Positions 1-10,443 of a stretch of DNA of 64,000 nt are shown in pieces. Every line of letters begins with the position of its first letter. Positions within the stretch are counted from its first letter, which is position 1. The DNA lies in sequence record SRR2962707_1122, one strand, 5' to 3'. The notes beneath the pieces are model-generated. The model did no database searches and was not told the origin of the DNA. It saw only the letters and a list, made by a program, of their open reading frames with translations. A program made the translations under genes and the position numbers.

Positions 1-707
1 ACGGATTTGTCTTGCTGCGCCTTGCATGAATGTCCGGTTTTTCCGCCGCCTGGCGGCGCAGATGATTTTGCAATTGCGGCATTTTCTGTGCTGCGAGCGC
101 GTGCAGCGAGAAAACCGAACTCACAGATTGGGCTCGAAGCTGCCCTTAGATCGATTGCAGCATTCTTGGCTTCGACCTTTCAATGAATGGCCGGTTAGGC
201 TTGATCGCCCTTGAGACCTCGTACCTGCACCGAGTGACCGGTTTCCGCCCTCTTGGTCAATCACAATTCACAGTTATAACCCATATTCCAACTTCAAGAC
301 CGCCTCACGCTTCTGCTTCATTGAGCTGCCGCCAGAATTTAGGCCGTAGCCCATGGTCTCTTCTTGTGCCCCAAGATATCCGCAGCAAAAGCGAACAAGT
401 CCCAAACCTGTCGTGGACCTTCTTTCGGATGGGACTGACATCTGCATGATAATCACCAATAACGCTACACAAACACTACACAAGAAGGCCAAAAGGCTGT
501 ACGCAAGTACCTGTAAAACAACGGATAAACTATATGCGCACATCCTCTCCTGGGCACCATATAAAACGTGTAAGTTATTGCCGTATAATAAAAATTTTGC
601 GTTTGTGCTAATCTTATCCACCCAATTATCCCCCTAAGCGTTCTTAGTGGCTGCCGCCTTCGAGGGTTGGGTCTGTTCAATAGATGCGGCTTTGTGATTC
701 ATTATTT

Positions 708-1811
708 CTAAAAGCCATCAATTACCTTTGTCCCTACCATGCATCGGCAACCAATCGCGCACTCACAATGTTCGTGTGGAAGTTCAGGCACGTTTTTCAA
801 AACGATAAACTTTGCCATTGTCTTCAAGACACGCTGAGCAGGTTGTGTTCTGGTTTTCAGTGGCCTGGATTTTATGCTGCATTTCCAGTCCGTTTTCTGC
901 CAGCCGCTTCAACTGTCTCAAGTTTCTAAGATAATTGGCGTGGAACTCGAGCATCCTCGAAAAGAGTTCGACCTGCTCCGCTTGGTCCGGCAATTCAGCT
1001 CTTGGGAATAAGTCACCGAACGCAGACGTTCTCCACAGAACGGACATTGCGGCGCGTTCGCGTATAACAGTAGATACTTCACCAAAGCGTCGCATGTGAA
1101 ATTTGGGTTGCGCGGTGAAGACATCCTTAAGTTTTTGATACAACAATTTTTCAGCAGCAGTCCAATCCATACCGATCCCTCGAGAGTAGAATTGAGCTTG
1201 CTCATATTCGCTAACACGCTCACATGCTTCTTTTAATTGATTTCGTCTTAGAAGTTCTAATGTCTCAATGTTTGCGTTTCGCAACTGGTTTTTCTTGTGT
1301 TCCCGGTGTTTATCTACAACCTTTCGCGCCTCTTCTGAGCAAATCCAAAAATCTATATTTGTAAGTTCTGCCAATAGATCAGGACCGGCATTTTTCAGCA
1401 ATCGGGCGGCTAGTTCATCTTTCCTGCCACTCACCTTAAGCCCCATTTTTTTGCAAGGGCCTTTAATTCCGAAAGATTTCGTGAAGCTGCCAGTTTCTTT
1501 TCTGGGCTAGCGTCGAGCAACAATCCCTCAGTAAACAAAGCCTTTGCCGCTTGTTGGAAAGGCACTCCCAGCTTGTGAGTCCAAAAATCCTGCCACGCTT
1601 CGTGAGGTACGTTTTGAGGGTTGACGCCGTTGCGGAATTTGGCCAGCACTTCCATCTCCGCTTCGGAGCTAAGTGTATTTAGTTCCACCGCATCTTCGCT
1701 AAATCTCGACTGGAAAACCCCTGCCGAAGCTGCTGGACTTTTGCGAGGTTCTGGCGTTTGTTCCGTCGACGTGTCTTGCCTACCAAATAAGCGTCGCCAA
1801 AAATCTGTCAT
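708..1811 (-). pseudogene. Frameshifted gene for a SAP-domain protein with C-terminal CxxC...PELPHxxCxxxxGCRC motif (about 367 aa when reconstructed)
   Basis: ORF 1431..1811 ends LSELKALAKK and ORF 784..1446 begins MGLKVSGRKDELAARLL; joined, they form a SAP motif across an A7 run (T run 1446-1452). After TCSACLEDNGKVYRF a second shift near 793-802 gives NVPELPHEHCECAIGCRCMVGTKVIDGF with stop at 708-710. Confidence 0.75.
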
Positions 1812-2154
1812 TTTCTTATCCTACCTCGATTTCTTACTTTGAGCCTCAAGATGGGCGACGCTGCCGTATCCATTGAGTCGTGAATCCCGAGTGCGAGTCA
1901 AGGATGGCTGACAATCAAAGCCATACTTAAGAGAAACGGTCGACCCAGACAGAATTACTATGCTCGATGCCAAAAGCTATGTGCGATACTTCTAGACGAC
2001 AACAACCGCAAACCCGTGGCTCGACTACATTTCAAAGGCATAAAAAGAAGTTCGTTGACCTCCTTGATTGTGAGACGGAATAGCGCGTAGAAGTTGCATC
2101 CTTGAATGGGTTTTTCGACTCTTCAGAAAGATTAAAGGCAACCATCGCAAAGTA

Positions 2155-2430
2155 TCAGGACTGAAAGAGCGCAATCCGCAACTTCTTTGCGTCCTTGCCA
2201 AGTTTGTTAACTACCTTGCGAAGCCCTACAGCGTCTGCACTGCGTCCGCCATGCTGCCAATTCGGATGCGCTGCGCCAGATTTTGCACCACTTTTTGCGC
2301 CATGCATCCGGCAAACGTTCCAACCGCGAACGGCTGGGGCTTTGCATGGCTGACCTGTGCGTTTTGATTTTGCGGTGCATCTGGGTGCGTCGTGAGCGCT
2401 TTGCATGGGGTAAGCGTCACTTTTCCTCAC
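2155..2430 (-). CDS. HGGxSTG domain-containing small protein (phage/mobile-element associated)
   Basis: RCTAKSKRTGQPCKAPAVRGWNVCRMHGAKSG and NWQHGGRS; start uncertain (GTG 2430 or ATG 2406). Confidence 0.75.
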   Translation of the reverse strand: MRKSDAYPMQSAHDAPRCTAKSKRTGQPCKAPAVRGWNVCRMHGAKSGAKSGAAHPNWQHGGRSADAVGLRKVVNKLGKDAKKLRIALFQS

Positions 2431-2606
2431 AACCCCGCCCCCCTGCCTCGACCTTCGCCTTTGTTTGCCACCGAGACCGCACGGAGGCATTCAACTGAGT
2501 TGGGTCCAATTGCAGTCTTGCTCCGACAGTTTGGCGGAATTCTAGCCTGATGTTGTCAGTCTGAACATGTTCGCCTGCCTCGATGAGAGGTATCAATAAA
2601 GCAACT

Positions 2607-4385
2607 ATGAACTCGTTGAAGGACAGGCTTGTGAACGGCGCAGACATTTTGGTTAAGATGCTTATCGGGTATGATGTGGATACGGTGTTTGGCGTGCCTG
2701 GGGACACCAATGTACCATTCTATGAATCTCTTCAGATGCATGAAGAAGAGATTACCCATGTGATGGCGCGTGATGAACGATCCGCTGGCTACATGGCGGA
2801 TGCTTATGGACGTTTCACAGATCGTCCGGGCATTGTTGAGTGCCCATCAGGCGCTGGTGCGATGTATTCCTTACCGCCGATTGCGGAATCCAATGCGTCC
2901 AGCGTGCCCGTCATTTTGTTGACCATCGATATCCCGCTTCCCGGCGAAGGGCGCGGTGTTTTGACAGAGCTTGATTGTGCGAAACTGTTCGAGCCGGTGA
3001 CGAAGCTTTCCGTTCAGGTTAAGTCAGCGGAAAAATTGCCAGAGATCATTCGTCGTGCGTTCCGCGTTGCGTGTTCTGGCAAGCCGGGTGCAGTTCACTT
3101 GCAGATCCCTGAGGATATGCTCATTGCTGAAGTCGATCTTGAAAAAGTCTCTCTTCACGTTGAAGAAGAATGTAAAACATTTCCAGCGTTCCCGACACGC
3201 CCAGCCCCAGGTTTGGTCGAAGGCCTGATCGAGGCATTGGATCAGGCAGAAAAGCCATTGATCGTCTCTGGTGGTGGTGTCATTCGCGCCTGTGCGGGGG
3301 ATGATATCCTTGCTGTTGCTGAGCGCCTGAACATCCCCGTTTGCACCACGATGACTGGACAAGGCACGATGCCGGACGATCATGAATTGTCTATTGGTGT
3401 GATTGGCGACAACGGGTTCCATCCACATGCAAACCGGTCGATGGAAGAAAGTGACTTTGTGCTTTTCGTTGGCTCGCGCATGGGCTCTGTGGTGACGATT
3501 GGTTGGACATTCCCGAAGATCACGCTCAGCAAACGGGTCGCCCAGATTGATATTAACCCCGATATCATGGCGAATAACTATGAAAACGTGATGTCAATTG
3601 CTGGCGATGCCAAGCTTGTGCTTCGCGATCTTTTGGATGCGGTCCCTGACGGGTACGATGGCGTGAAAAACAAGCCATGGATTGCGCACCTTAACGCGAT
3701 GCGGACGAATTTCTGGGACAACGCGCAAAGCCTGTTGAACAATGATAGCACGCCGTTGCGGCCCGAACGCGCCGTGCGGTGTTTTAACCAGGCGCTTGAG
3801 GCCTCAGGGCAACCTGCGTTGATCTATTCTGATGCAGGCACCCCGACGCCGCATATGACCCGTTTCCTCAAAATCAATGACCCAGCCACACGGTTTGCTA
3901 TTCCACGGGCGTTTGGCGGGCTGGGGTCGGCGCTGCCTGCAACGGTCGGGGCATGGCGCGCTGATCCGACAAAGCGACCCATTGGAATGTTCGGCGATGG
4001 TTCCTTTGGTATGACGGTGGGTGAATTGGAAACGCTGGTGCGCTTGCAAATTCCAGCCATTCTCATCTTATTTAACAACGGTCATTTCGGCTGGATCAAG
4101 GGTCTTCACCGCCTGAAAGGACACAACCAATGTTTCGGCGTCGATTTCACGCCACCACGTGGACAAGCCATCGCGGAAGCCTTTGATATGAAGGCCTGGA
4201 CCGCCAAGTCAGCCGATGAACTTGATTTTGCTTTGGCCGAAGCTTTTAAATGGCGCAAAGGGCCTTACTTTATTGACGTTCATGTTGAATCCATCGCGGA
4301 TCGCGTGCCGCCTGTGTATTCTTGGCTGACGAAAAAGGGCGAAGACCCATTGAACCTTGAGGCCAAGGAAGTCGCGTTCCTTTAA
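2607..4385 (+). CDS. Thiamine-diphosphate-dependent enzyme (acetolactate synthase-like family)
   Basis: VFGVPG, ARDERSAGYMADAY (catalytic Glu), ThDP motif GDGSFGM...FNNG; ORF could start at 2583. Confidence 0.9.
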   Translation: MNSLKDRLVNGADILVKMLIGYDVDTVFGVPGDTNVPFYESLQMHEEEITHVMARDERSAGYMADAYGRFTDRPGIVECPSGAGAMYSLPPIAESNASSVPVILLTIDIPLPGEGRGVLTELDCAKLFEPVTKLSVQVKSAEKLPEIIRRAFRVACSGKPGAVHLQIPEDMLIAEVDLEKVSLHVEEECKTFPAFPTRPAPGLVEGLIEALDQAEKPLIVSGGGVIRACAGDDILAVAERLNIPVCTTMTGQGTMPDDHELSIGVIGDNGFHPHANRSMEESDFVLFVGSRMGSVVTIGWTFPKITLSKRVAQIDINPDIMANNYENVMSIAGDAKLVLRDLLDAVPDGYDGVKNKPWIAHLNAMRTNFWDNAQSLLNNDSTPLRPERAVRCFNQALEASGQPALIYSDAGTPTPHMTRFLKINDPATRFAIPRAFGGLGSALPATVGAWRADPTKRPIGMFGDGSFGMTVGELETLVRLQIPAILILFNNGHFGWIKGLHRLKGHNQCFGVDFTPPRGQAIAEAFDMKAWTAKSADELDFALAEAFKWRKGPYFIDVHVESIADRVPPVYSWLTKKGEDPLNLEAKEVAFL

Positions 4386-4414
4386 AACCTGACGTGTGTA
4401 GGAGGAACGTTAAG

Positions 4415-5683
4415 ATGACCGAGCAGATGGTTACCGTACTGGGCGCAGGCATGGTTGGGGTTTGCACGGCGCTGGAATTGCAGCGCCGTGGAGTTCAGGT
4501 CACACTTGTTGATCGCAAAGCACCAGGTCAGGAAACGTCGTTTGGTAATGCGGGCGTCTTGGCGCGGTCATCGTTGATACCGATTAATAATCCGGGCCTC
4601 TGGTCGAACTTGCCCAAGTTACTCGGCAACAAAAGCACCTCGCTGCGCTACGACCCGATGTTCGTGGCGCGGAACCTACCTTGGGTCACGCAGTTTTTGG
4701 CCAACGCACGCCCGTCAAAATGTGAAGAAACGGCGAAGGCCCTAAACGATCTGATTACATTGTCCATTGAGGCGCATCTGAAGTTGATGACTGAATTCGG
4801 GCTTCAGGATCATTTGTCAGATCAGGGTTGGATGTTTTTATATCGCAATGAAAAAGGGTTTGATGGCGCTCATGCGAACCGCGCTTTGATGGCGCATCAC
4901 GATGTGCCATTTGAGATCCTTACCCCTGACTCTCTGGCTGAGCATGAGCCGCAATTAAAGCCGATTTACCAGAAGGCAGTTTGGATCAAAGGCAGTTATT
5001 CTGTTAACAACCCCGGTGCGATTGTTACGACCTATGCACGTGCGTTTGTAGATGCTGGTGGACAATTGGTTCAGGGTGACGCGACAAACATGACGGAAAC
5101 AGATGATGGGGTGACCTTGAGCCTGTCTGATGGATCGGAGCTTGTTTCTGATCAGCTTGTTGTGTGCTGTGGTCCATGGGCGAAAACGTTTTTGGCGAAT
5201 GGGGGGTATCGCACACGTATGGCATTTGAACGTGGATATCATCGGCATTTTAGGGGGCAGAGCGCAGGTGCCAATCGGCTTGGCCTGAACCGCCCGATTT
5301 GCGACGCCTCGGCGGGTTTTGTTCTGGCGCCGATGCAAGCAGGGCTGCGTTTGACATCAGGGGTGGAATTAGCAGAAAATGCTGGGCCCAAGCGCACGGA
5401 TCAAATCGCCCAAGCAGAGCGGGCCGCCCGCATGGCCATCGAACTTGGTGAGCGCGTCGATAATCAAACCTGGCTTGGCAGCCGTCCGACGTTTCCAGAT
5501 AGCCGTCCTGCGATTGGCATGGCACCAGGGTCGCGGCGTGTCGCTTTGGGCATCGGGCATCAACATATCGGCTTTATGACGGGGGCAGGCACAGGAATCA
5601 TGCTTGCGGATATGCTGACAGGGCGTTCCACTCGAATCGACGTCACACCGTTCCGACCCGAACGCTACATCTACCGATCCTAA
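4415..5683 (+). CDS. FAD-dependent oxidoreductase, D-amino-acid dehydrogenase (DadA/DAO) family
   Basis: VLGAGMVG, ETSFGNAG, RGYH, WLGSRP, GHQHIG; AGGAGG RBS before ATG 4415. Confidence 0.88.
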   Translation: MTEQMVTVLGAGMVGVCTALELQRRGVQVTLVDRKAPGQETSFGNAGVLARSSLIPINNPGLWSNLPKLLGNKSTSLRYDPMFVARNLPWVTQFLANARPSKCEETAKALNDLITLSIEAHLKLMTEFGLQDHLSDQGWMFLYRNEKGFDGAHANRALMAHHDVPFEILTPDSLAEHEPQLKPIYQKAVWIKGSYSVNNPGAIVTTYARAFVDAGGQLVQGDATNMTETDDGVTLSLSDGSELVSDQLVVCCGPWAKTFLANGGYRTRMAFERGYHRHFRGQSAGANRLGLNRPICDASAGFVLAPMQAGLRLTSGVELAENAGPKRTDQIAQAERAARMAIELGERVDNQTWLGSRPTFPDSRPAIGMAPGSRRVALGIGHQHIGFMTGAGTGIMLADMLTGRSTRIDVTPFRPERYIYRS

Positions 5684-5689
5684 ATCGTC

Positions 5690-6604
5690 TTATTCGGTGT
5701 CGAATTGAGGTGCTTCCTTGCGGGCCACAGATTGTATCCAGTCGCGAAAATCGAGAACCGGCTTGGAGACACCAAGTTTGAGGGGATACACGACAAAATA
5801 GCTAAGCCCGCTTGGAACAGCGCTGCCCATGGGCATGTGTAAACTGCCGGATGCAATGTGATCTTGCACCATCAATGTGGGCACGACGGCCAGTCCGATA
5901 CCTGCGCGGGCAGCTTCAATTACCATGCTGGTTTGTGCAAAACGTGGGCCCGAAATAGTTTCGGCGCGGCTCAGTCCCTTGGCGTCAATCCAGCGCAGCC
6001 AGCTGTCGGGGCGGTGGGCATTCTGAATAAGCGGATAGGACGCATAGCTGCTAGGGCTGACAGCGCTACCTGCGGGGATGAGGCTGGGGGCTGCAACCAC
6101 AGCCACGGCCTCGCTCAGTAGATGGTAGGCGTGGGCGTCATCCCACGCGCCGCGTCCGCGCAGCACGGCGACGTCGATGTTTTGCGATTCGAGATCGCGA
6201 TTGTCGCTGATCGGGACAATTGTGAAATTTACGTTGGGAAAGCGTGTGATGAATGCCTGAATTTTAGGCGCGATCCACCGACTGGCGAGACTGTCCTGTA
6301 CACCAATCCTTAGGGAATCGCGCGTGCTGCTGCCGCGCACAATATCGATTGAGGCTTCTTCAAGATCGTCCAGAATTCGCGTGACATCCGCCACATAATT
6401 TCGCCCTGCATCAGTCAGAACCAAGCGTGGCCCGATCCGTTCAAACATCTTAATTCCAAAGTGTTTTTCAAGTTGGCTGACCTGTCGGCTGACGCCACTT
6501 TGCGTCATGCCAAGGTTTTCGGCTGCGCGCGTAAAGCTACGATAGGTTGCTGCTGCTTCAAAGGCGGCAAGTGCTGAAAGGGAGGGGATAAAACGTCTCA
6601 TCAT
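5690..6604 (-). CDS. LysR family regulator (GcvA-like)
   Basis: PSLSALAAFEAAA...SFTRAAENLGMTQSGVSRQV HTH. Confidence 0.93.
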   Translation of the reverse strand: MMRRFIPSLSALAAFEAAATYRSFTRAAENLGMTQSGVSRQVSQLEKHFGIKMFERIGPRLVLTDAGRNYVADVTRILDDLEEASIDIVRGSSTRDSLRIGVQDSLASRWIAPKIQAFITRFPNVNFTIVPISDNRDLESQNIDVAVLRGRGAWDDAHAYHLLSEAVAVVAAPSLIPAGSAVSPSSYASYPLIQNAHRPDSWLRWIDAKGLSRAETISGPRFAQTSMVIEAARAGIGLAVVPTLMVQDHIASGSLHMPMGSAVPSGLSYFVVYPLKLGVSKPVLDFRDWIQSVARKEAPQFDTE

Positions 6605-6619
6605 GAAAATTAGTCATGA
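6601..6619. promoter_or_regulatory. Putative LysR operator TCATGA-N7-TCATGA
   Basis: tcatgaaaattagtcatga has inverted-repeat arms and overlaps the LysR start in the divergent region. Confidence 0.55.
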
Positions 6620-6704
6620 TAAACATATTATTCAACACTTTTCGCATGAAGGGAACTGGGCAATGTTTAAGGAAATCAAAAAACCGCGCAAACAGGGGAC
6701 CAAC

Positions 6705-7187
6705 ATGCAACATCTCAATAGGGATTCCATTGACCGCAATTTGATCGCTATCCTGCAAGACGACGCGCGCATTTCGACATCTGAAATCTCGCGAAAACTT
6801 GGGGTCGCCCGTTCTACGATCACCGAACGGATCGCGCGCCTAGAGCATGACGGTATTATTCTTGGGTATACGGCGGTGGTCTGTCGGAGTGATGAGGTCC
6901 AAGAAACCCAAGCATTTGTGTCTTTGGAATGCGACCGTGTAAAGCGTCGCCAGATTATCCAGACTTTGCGTCAGTACCCAGAGATCAAAGACTGTGTTTC
7001 AATCAGTGGGCAATACGACATGATGTGTACCACCTACGCTCCCTGCGCCGAAGATATTGATGCCTTGATCGAAGATTTGGCGGCGATCCCAGGCATTCGC
7101 AATATCAGCACGACCATCGTTCTTGCCAACAAATTTTCGCGCAACGCTGTCCATGAAATGGCACCTGCACTGTCGTTGGCCTGTTAG
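6705..7187 (+). CDS. Lrp/AsnC family regulator
   Basis: DSIDRNLIAILQDDARISTSEISRKLGVARSTITERIARLE HTH; SISGQYD in the RAM domain. Confidence 0.92.
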   Translation: MQHLNRDSIDRNLIAILQDDARISTSEISRKLGVARSTITERIARLEHDGIILGYTAVVCRSDEVQETQAFVSLECDRVKRRQIIQTLRQYPEIKDCVSISGQYDMMCTTYAPCAEDIDALIEDLAAIPGIRNISTTIVLANKFSRNAVHEMAPALSLAC

Positions 7188-7197
7188 GGGCGTGACC

Positions 7198-8103
7198 CTA
7201 GGTACGTTTGGCCACCTGTTTGCGCAGCCACCCGGTGAATTCAGTCGCGATTGAAGTTGTCTGGCCCATCGGGGTCGCAACAAAATAGCTCTTATTTGAG
7301 TCGCTTTGCACTGTGGCCAGTTTGACCAAGCGCCCGTCCGACAATTCGGGTTCAATCAGGTATGTCGGTAGGATGGCAGCCCCCATGCCAGCCACGGCAG
7401 CCTCGATGATAAGGCTAAATTGGTCAAAGCTGCATCCCTGACGCGCTGCCTCGGGTGAGGTCTCTTTCGGGTCGAATTGTGACCAAAGATGCGGGCGCGA
7501 GGACAGGTGGAGCAGCGGCATTTGCATAATCTCGGTGGGAGTCTTTGCCGAATGCCGTTCAAGCAGCGCAGGCGCGGCGACAGCGATCAGGTTTTCAGGG
7601 CAAAGTGGCGTCAACTGGGTGCCTGGCCAGTCCCAACCACCAAAGTGAACGGCGATATCGATCTTTGCTTCAACCAGATCAAACGGCTCAGACCGGCTAT
7701 AAAGAGCAAGCTGTAACCCTGAATTCTGGGCTTGAAACAAAGGCAAGCGCGGTACGAGCCACCGCGCGGCAAAGGTCGGCGGGGCAGCAATCGCCAGCAC
7801 TTTTGGGCCAGAACCCGCAGCGATTGCATGATGAATGGTGCGGCGCAAACGCTCCAGATCGCCCGAAAGTTCGTGTGACAGTGCGTCACCCGCGATCGTA
7901 AGGCGAACGCCACGACCTTCGCGCCGGAACAAGGGGGTTCCAACATGATCTTCCAGCTCTTTGACCTGCCGGCTCACCGCACTTTGGGTCAGCCCCAACA
8001 CCTCCGCGGCGGCAGTGTAGCTTTGATATTTCGCGGCGGCCTCAAAACAGCGCAGCACGGCAAGTGATGGCAATCGGTCGAGTGGGGGCATCGTTAGACT
8101 CAT
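7198..8103 (-). CDS. LysR family regulator (GcvA-like), divergent from the lysine operon
   Basis: PSLAVLRCFEAAAKYQSYTAAAEVLGLTQSAVSRQV; PTFAARWLVPRL. Confidence 0.93.
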   Translation of the reverse strand: MSLTMPPLDRLPSLAVLRCFEAAAKYQSYTAAAEVLGLTQSAVSRQVKELEDHVGTPLFRREGRGVRLTIAGDALSHELSGDLERLRRTIHHAIAAGSGPKVLAIAAPPTFAARWLVPRLPLFQAQNSGLQLALYSRSEPFDLVEAKIDIAVHFGGWDWPGTQLTPLCPENLIAVAAPALLERHSAKTPTEIMQMPLLHLSSRPHLWSQFDPKETSPEAARQGCSFDQFSLIIEAAVAGMGAAILPTYLIEPELSDGRLVKLATVQSDSNKSYFVATPMGQTTSIATEFTGWLRKQVAKRT

Positions 8104-8192
8104 TCGGTTTGTGAACTATTAAATGACTAAAGCATGAGTTTTATGTCAATCCTGTTTTTGATTACCTCTGCCAAAACATGGAGGCGTTCAAA

Positions 8193-9245
8193 ATGAAAAC
8201 CATCGCAATTTTAGGACTTGGAAAAGTTGGCACGTTGGCTGGCGAACTTTTGCACAACTCAGGTTTCACCGTCACAGGAATCGACAGCCGTGCGGTCGAA
8301 GGTTTGCAGTTTGACTGCAAATCGCTGGACGTGTCCGATCTGGGAGCTTTGCGCACTGCGCTGACGGGACAGGACGCTGTTTTGTCGTGCTTGCCGTATT
8401 TTTTGAACGTCGGTGTCGCGCAAATTGCGCATGATCTAGGGCTGAATTATTTCGACCTGACCGAAGACGTGCCGACAACGAAAACCATCCTTGAGCTGTC
8501 GAAAACATCCAAAGGTCTTATGGCGCCGCAATGTGGTTTGGCGCCGGGTTTTGTGGGGATTGTTGGTGCGGATCTGATTTCCCAATTCGACAGTTGCCGG
8601 TCCTGCCGGATGCGCGTCGGGGCCTTGCCTCAGAACCCGACCGGCCAGATGGGGTATTCGTTCAATTGGTCGCCTGAAGGTGTTGTGAATGAGTATCTCA
8701 ATGATTGTGAGGTTCTTGAAGGTGGAGAAATCAAATGGGTTTCGCCCATGGAGTGGATCGAAAAAGTCATGATCGGCGGGATCGAGCTTGAGGCGTTTAC
8801 CACATCGGGTGGCTTGGGCACGATGTGTGAAACCTATGCCGACAGTGTTCCGAACATGGATTACAAAACGATGCGTTACCCCGGTCACGTGGATCTGATG
8901 AACTTCTTCTTCCATGAGTTGTTGATGCGGGACCGTCGCGAAGAAGCTGGTGAAATTCTTGTGAATGCCAAACCGCCGGTCAATGATGATATCGTGTATA
9001 TCCACGTCTCTGCCGAGGGAGAGATTGCCGGGCGTCTTGAGCGTCGCGAATTTGTGCGCGGGTTGAAACCGGTCGAAATCTCGGGAAAGCATCGCACCGC
9101 GATTGCATGGACCACGGCTTCATCGGTTGTTGCGGTCATTGAAATGGTGCGTGATGGCCTGTTGCCGCAGTCGGGTTTCCTGAAGCAAGAAGACATCCCG
9201 CTCTCGGCTTTCTTGAACACGTCAAACGGCGCGCGCTATGCTTGA
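8193..9245 (+). CDS. Saccharopine dehydrogenase family protein, probable L-lysine 6-dehydrogenase
   Basis: GLGKVG Rossmann fold, YFDLTED, PQCGLAPG, AFTTSGG, YKTMRYPGH; GGAGG RBS; same operon as ALDH7. Confidence 0.82.
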   Translation: MKTIAILGLGKVGTLAGELLHNSGFTVTGIDSRAVEGLQFDCKSLDVSDLGALRTALTGQDAVLSCLPYFLNVGVAQIAHDLGLNYFDLTEDVPTTKTILELSKTSKGLMAPQCGLAPGFVGIVGADLISQFDSCRSCRMRVGALPQNPTGQMGYSFNWSPEGVVNEYLNDCEVLEGGEIKWVSPMEWIEKVMIGGIELEAFTTSGGLGTMCETYADSVPNMDYKTMRYPGHVDLMNFFFHELLMRDRREEAGEILVNAKPPVNDDIVYIHVSAEGEIAGRLERREFVRGLKPVEISGKHRTAIAWTTASSVVAVIEMVRDGLLPQSGFLKQEDIPLSAFLNTSNGARYA

Positions 9246-10419
9246 TCATTCCCCGCCATTTCGTCGTGCGGCGCGTATTGCCGACATTGAGATTTCCCAG
9301 ATCGTTCAGATCGCTGAAGCGGCAGCACAGATGCGTACAGAAGGGGAAGACGTGGTGTCCTTGTCTACCGGAGCGCCCGATTTTGCAACGCCTGAGTTTG
9401 TCATAGAAGCGGCGCACCAAGCGGCATTGGATGGCCAAACGGCATACACTGCGACGGCGGGCACCAATGCCCTTCGCGATGCTGTGGCCGCTGAATATGG
9501 CGCAGCACGCCCCCAAGTGGTGATCTCAACGGGTGCCAAGCAGGTCTTGGCCAATGCCATGCTTGCGACATTGGATGCCGGCGACGAGGTCCTGATTCCG
9601 ACGCCATATTGGACGTCTTACTCTGATATCGTCACGATGTCTGGCGGTACAGTTGTGACCATTCCTTGCCCTATGGAGCAAGGGTTCAAGTTGACGCCTG
9701 AGGCATTGGTTGCCGCGATCACACCCAAAACACGTTGGTTGATGTTGAATTCACCATCGAATCCAACAGGAGCGATTTACACGCCCGATGAAATCAAGGC
9801 TTTGGCTGCGGTGCTTGAAAAGCACCCGCATGTTTGGGTTTTGACAGATGAGATATACGAACACCTTAGCTATGAACCCTTCACAAAATTCATAGCGGCG
9901 GCCCCTGAATTGGCAGACCGCACGTTGATTGTTTCTGGCGTGTCCAAAGCTTGGGCAATGACAGGCTGGCGTATCGGCTGGGGCGTTGGCCCCGCGCCAC
10001 TTATCGCCGCTATGGCAGCTGTACAGGGACAAGTGACGTCCGGTGCGTGCTCGGTCGCACAAGCGGCGGCTTTGGCTGCATTGCAGGGGGACCGTGCGGT
10101 TTTGGCGGAACGCCTGGCCTTGTTTGACGGTCGTCGTCAGCTGGTGATCGCGGGTTTGAATGCGATGCCTGGAATCATATGCCCTGAGCCAGATGGCGCA
10201 TTTTATGTGTTTCCCAATATCGAAGGGCTGATGGCCAAAGGGGGCTTTGCCACCTGCGCCGAGGCTTGCGATTGGATACTGAAAACGGCGCGGGTTGCGA
10301 TTGTGCCGGGGGCCGCCTTTGGCCTACCTAGGCACGCCCGCATCTCGTTCGCTTATTCCCCCGAAGATTTGACCAAGGGTTTGTCGCGCATCGCTGACGC
10401 CCTTTCCAAGCTGCGCTAA
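9238..10419 (+). CDS. Class I/II PLP aminotransferase (probable 2-aminoadipate transaminase from context)
   Basis: GAKQ, LNSPSNPTG, DEIY, SKAWAMTGWRIG. Confidence 0.88.
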   Translation: MLDHSPPFRRAARIADIEISQIVQIAEAAAQMRTEGEDVVSLSTGAPDFATPEFVIEAAHQAALDGQTAYTATAGTNALRDAVAAEYGAARPQVVISTGAKQVLANAMLATLDAGDEVLIPTPYWTSYSDIVTMSGGTVVTIPCPMEQGFKLTPEALVAAITPKTRWLMLNSPSNPTGAIYTPDEIKALAAVLEKHPHVWVLTDEIYEHLSYEPFTKFIAAAPELADRTLIVSGVSKAWAMTGWRIGWGVGPAPLIAAMAAVQGQVTSGACSVAQAAALAALQGDRAVLAERLALFDGRRQLVIAGLNAMPGIICPEPDGAFYVFPNIEGLMAKGGFATCAEACDWILKTARVAIVPGAAFGLPRHARISFAYSPEDLTKGLSRIADALSKLR

Positions 10420-10443
10420 CGCAGCCAATCCCCAACTGGAGAG

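Noticed and set aside
274-621. 115 aa minus-strand ORF with a hydrophobic stretch
   Set aside because: No recognisable motif, and competing ORFs overlap it; cannot be supported as a gene.
2607-4385. Calling the ThDP enzyme ilvB/ilvI or xsc
   Set aside because: No small subunit, pta or taurine genes nearby; the motifs support only a family-level call.
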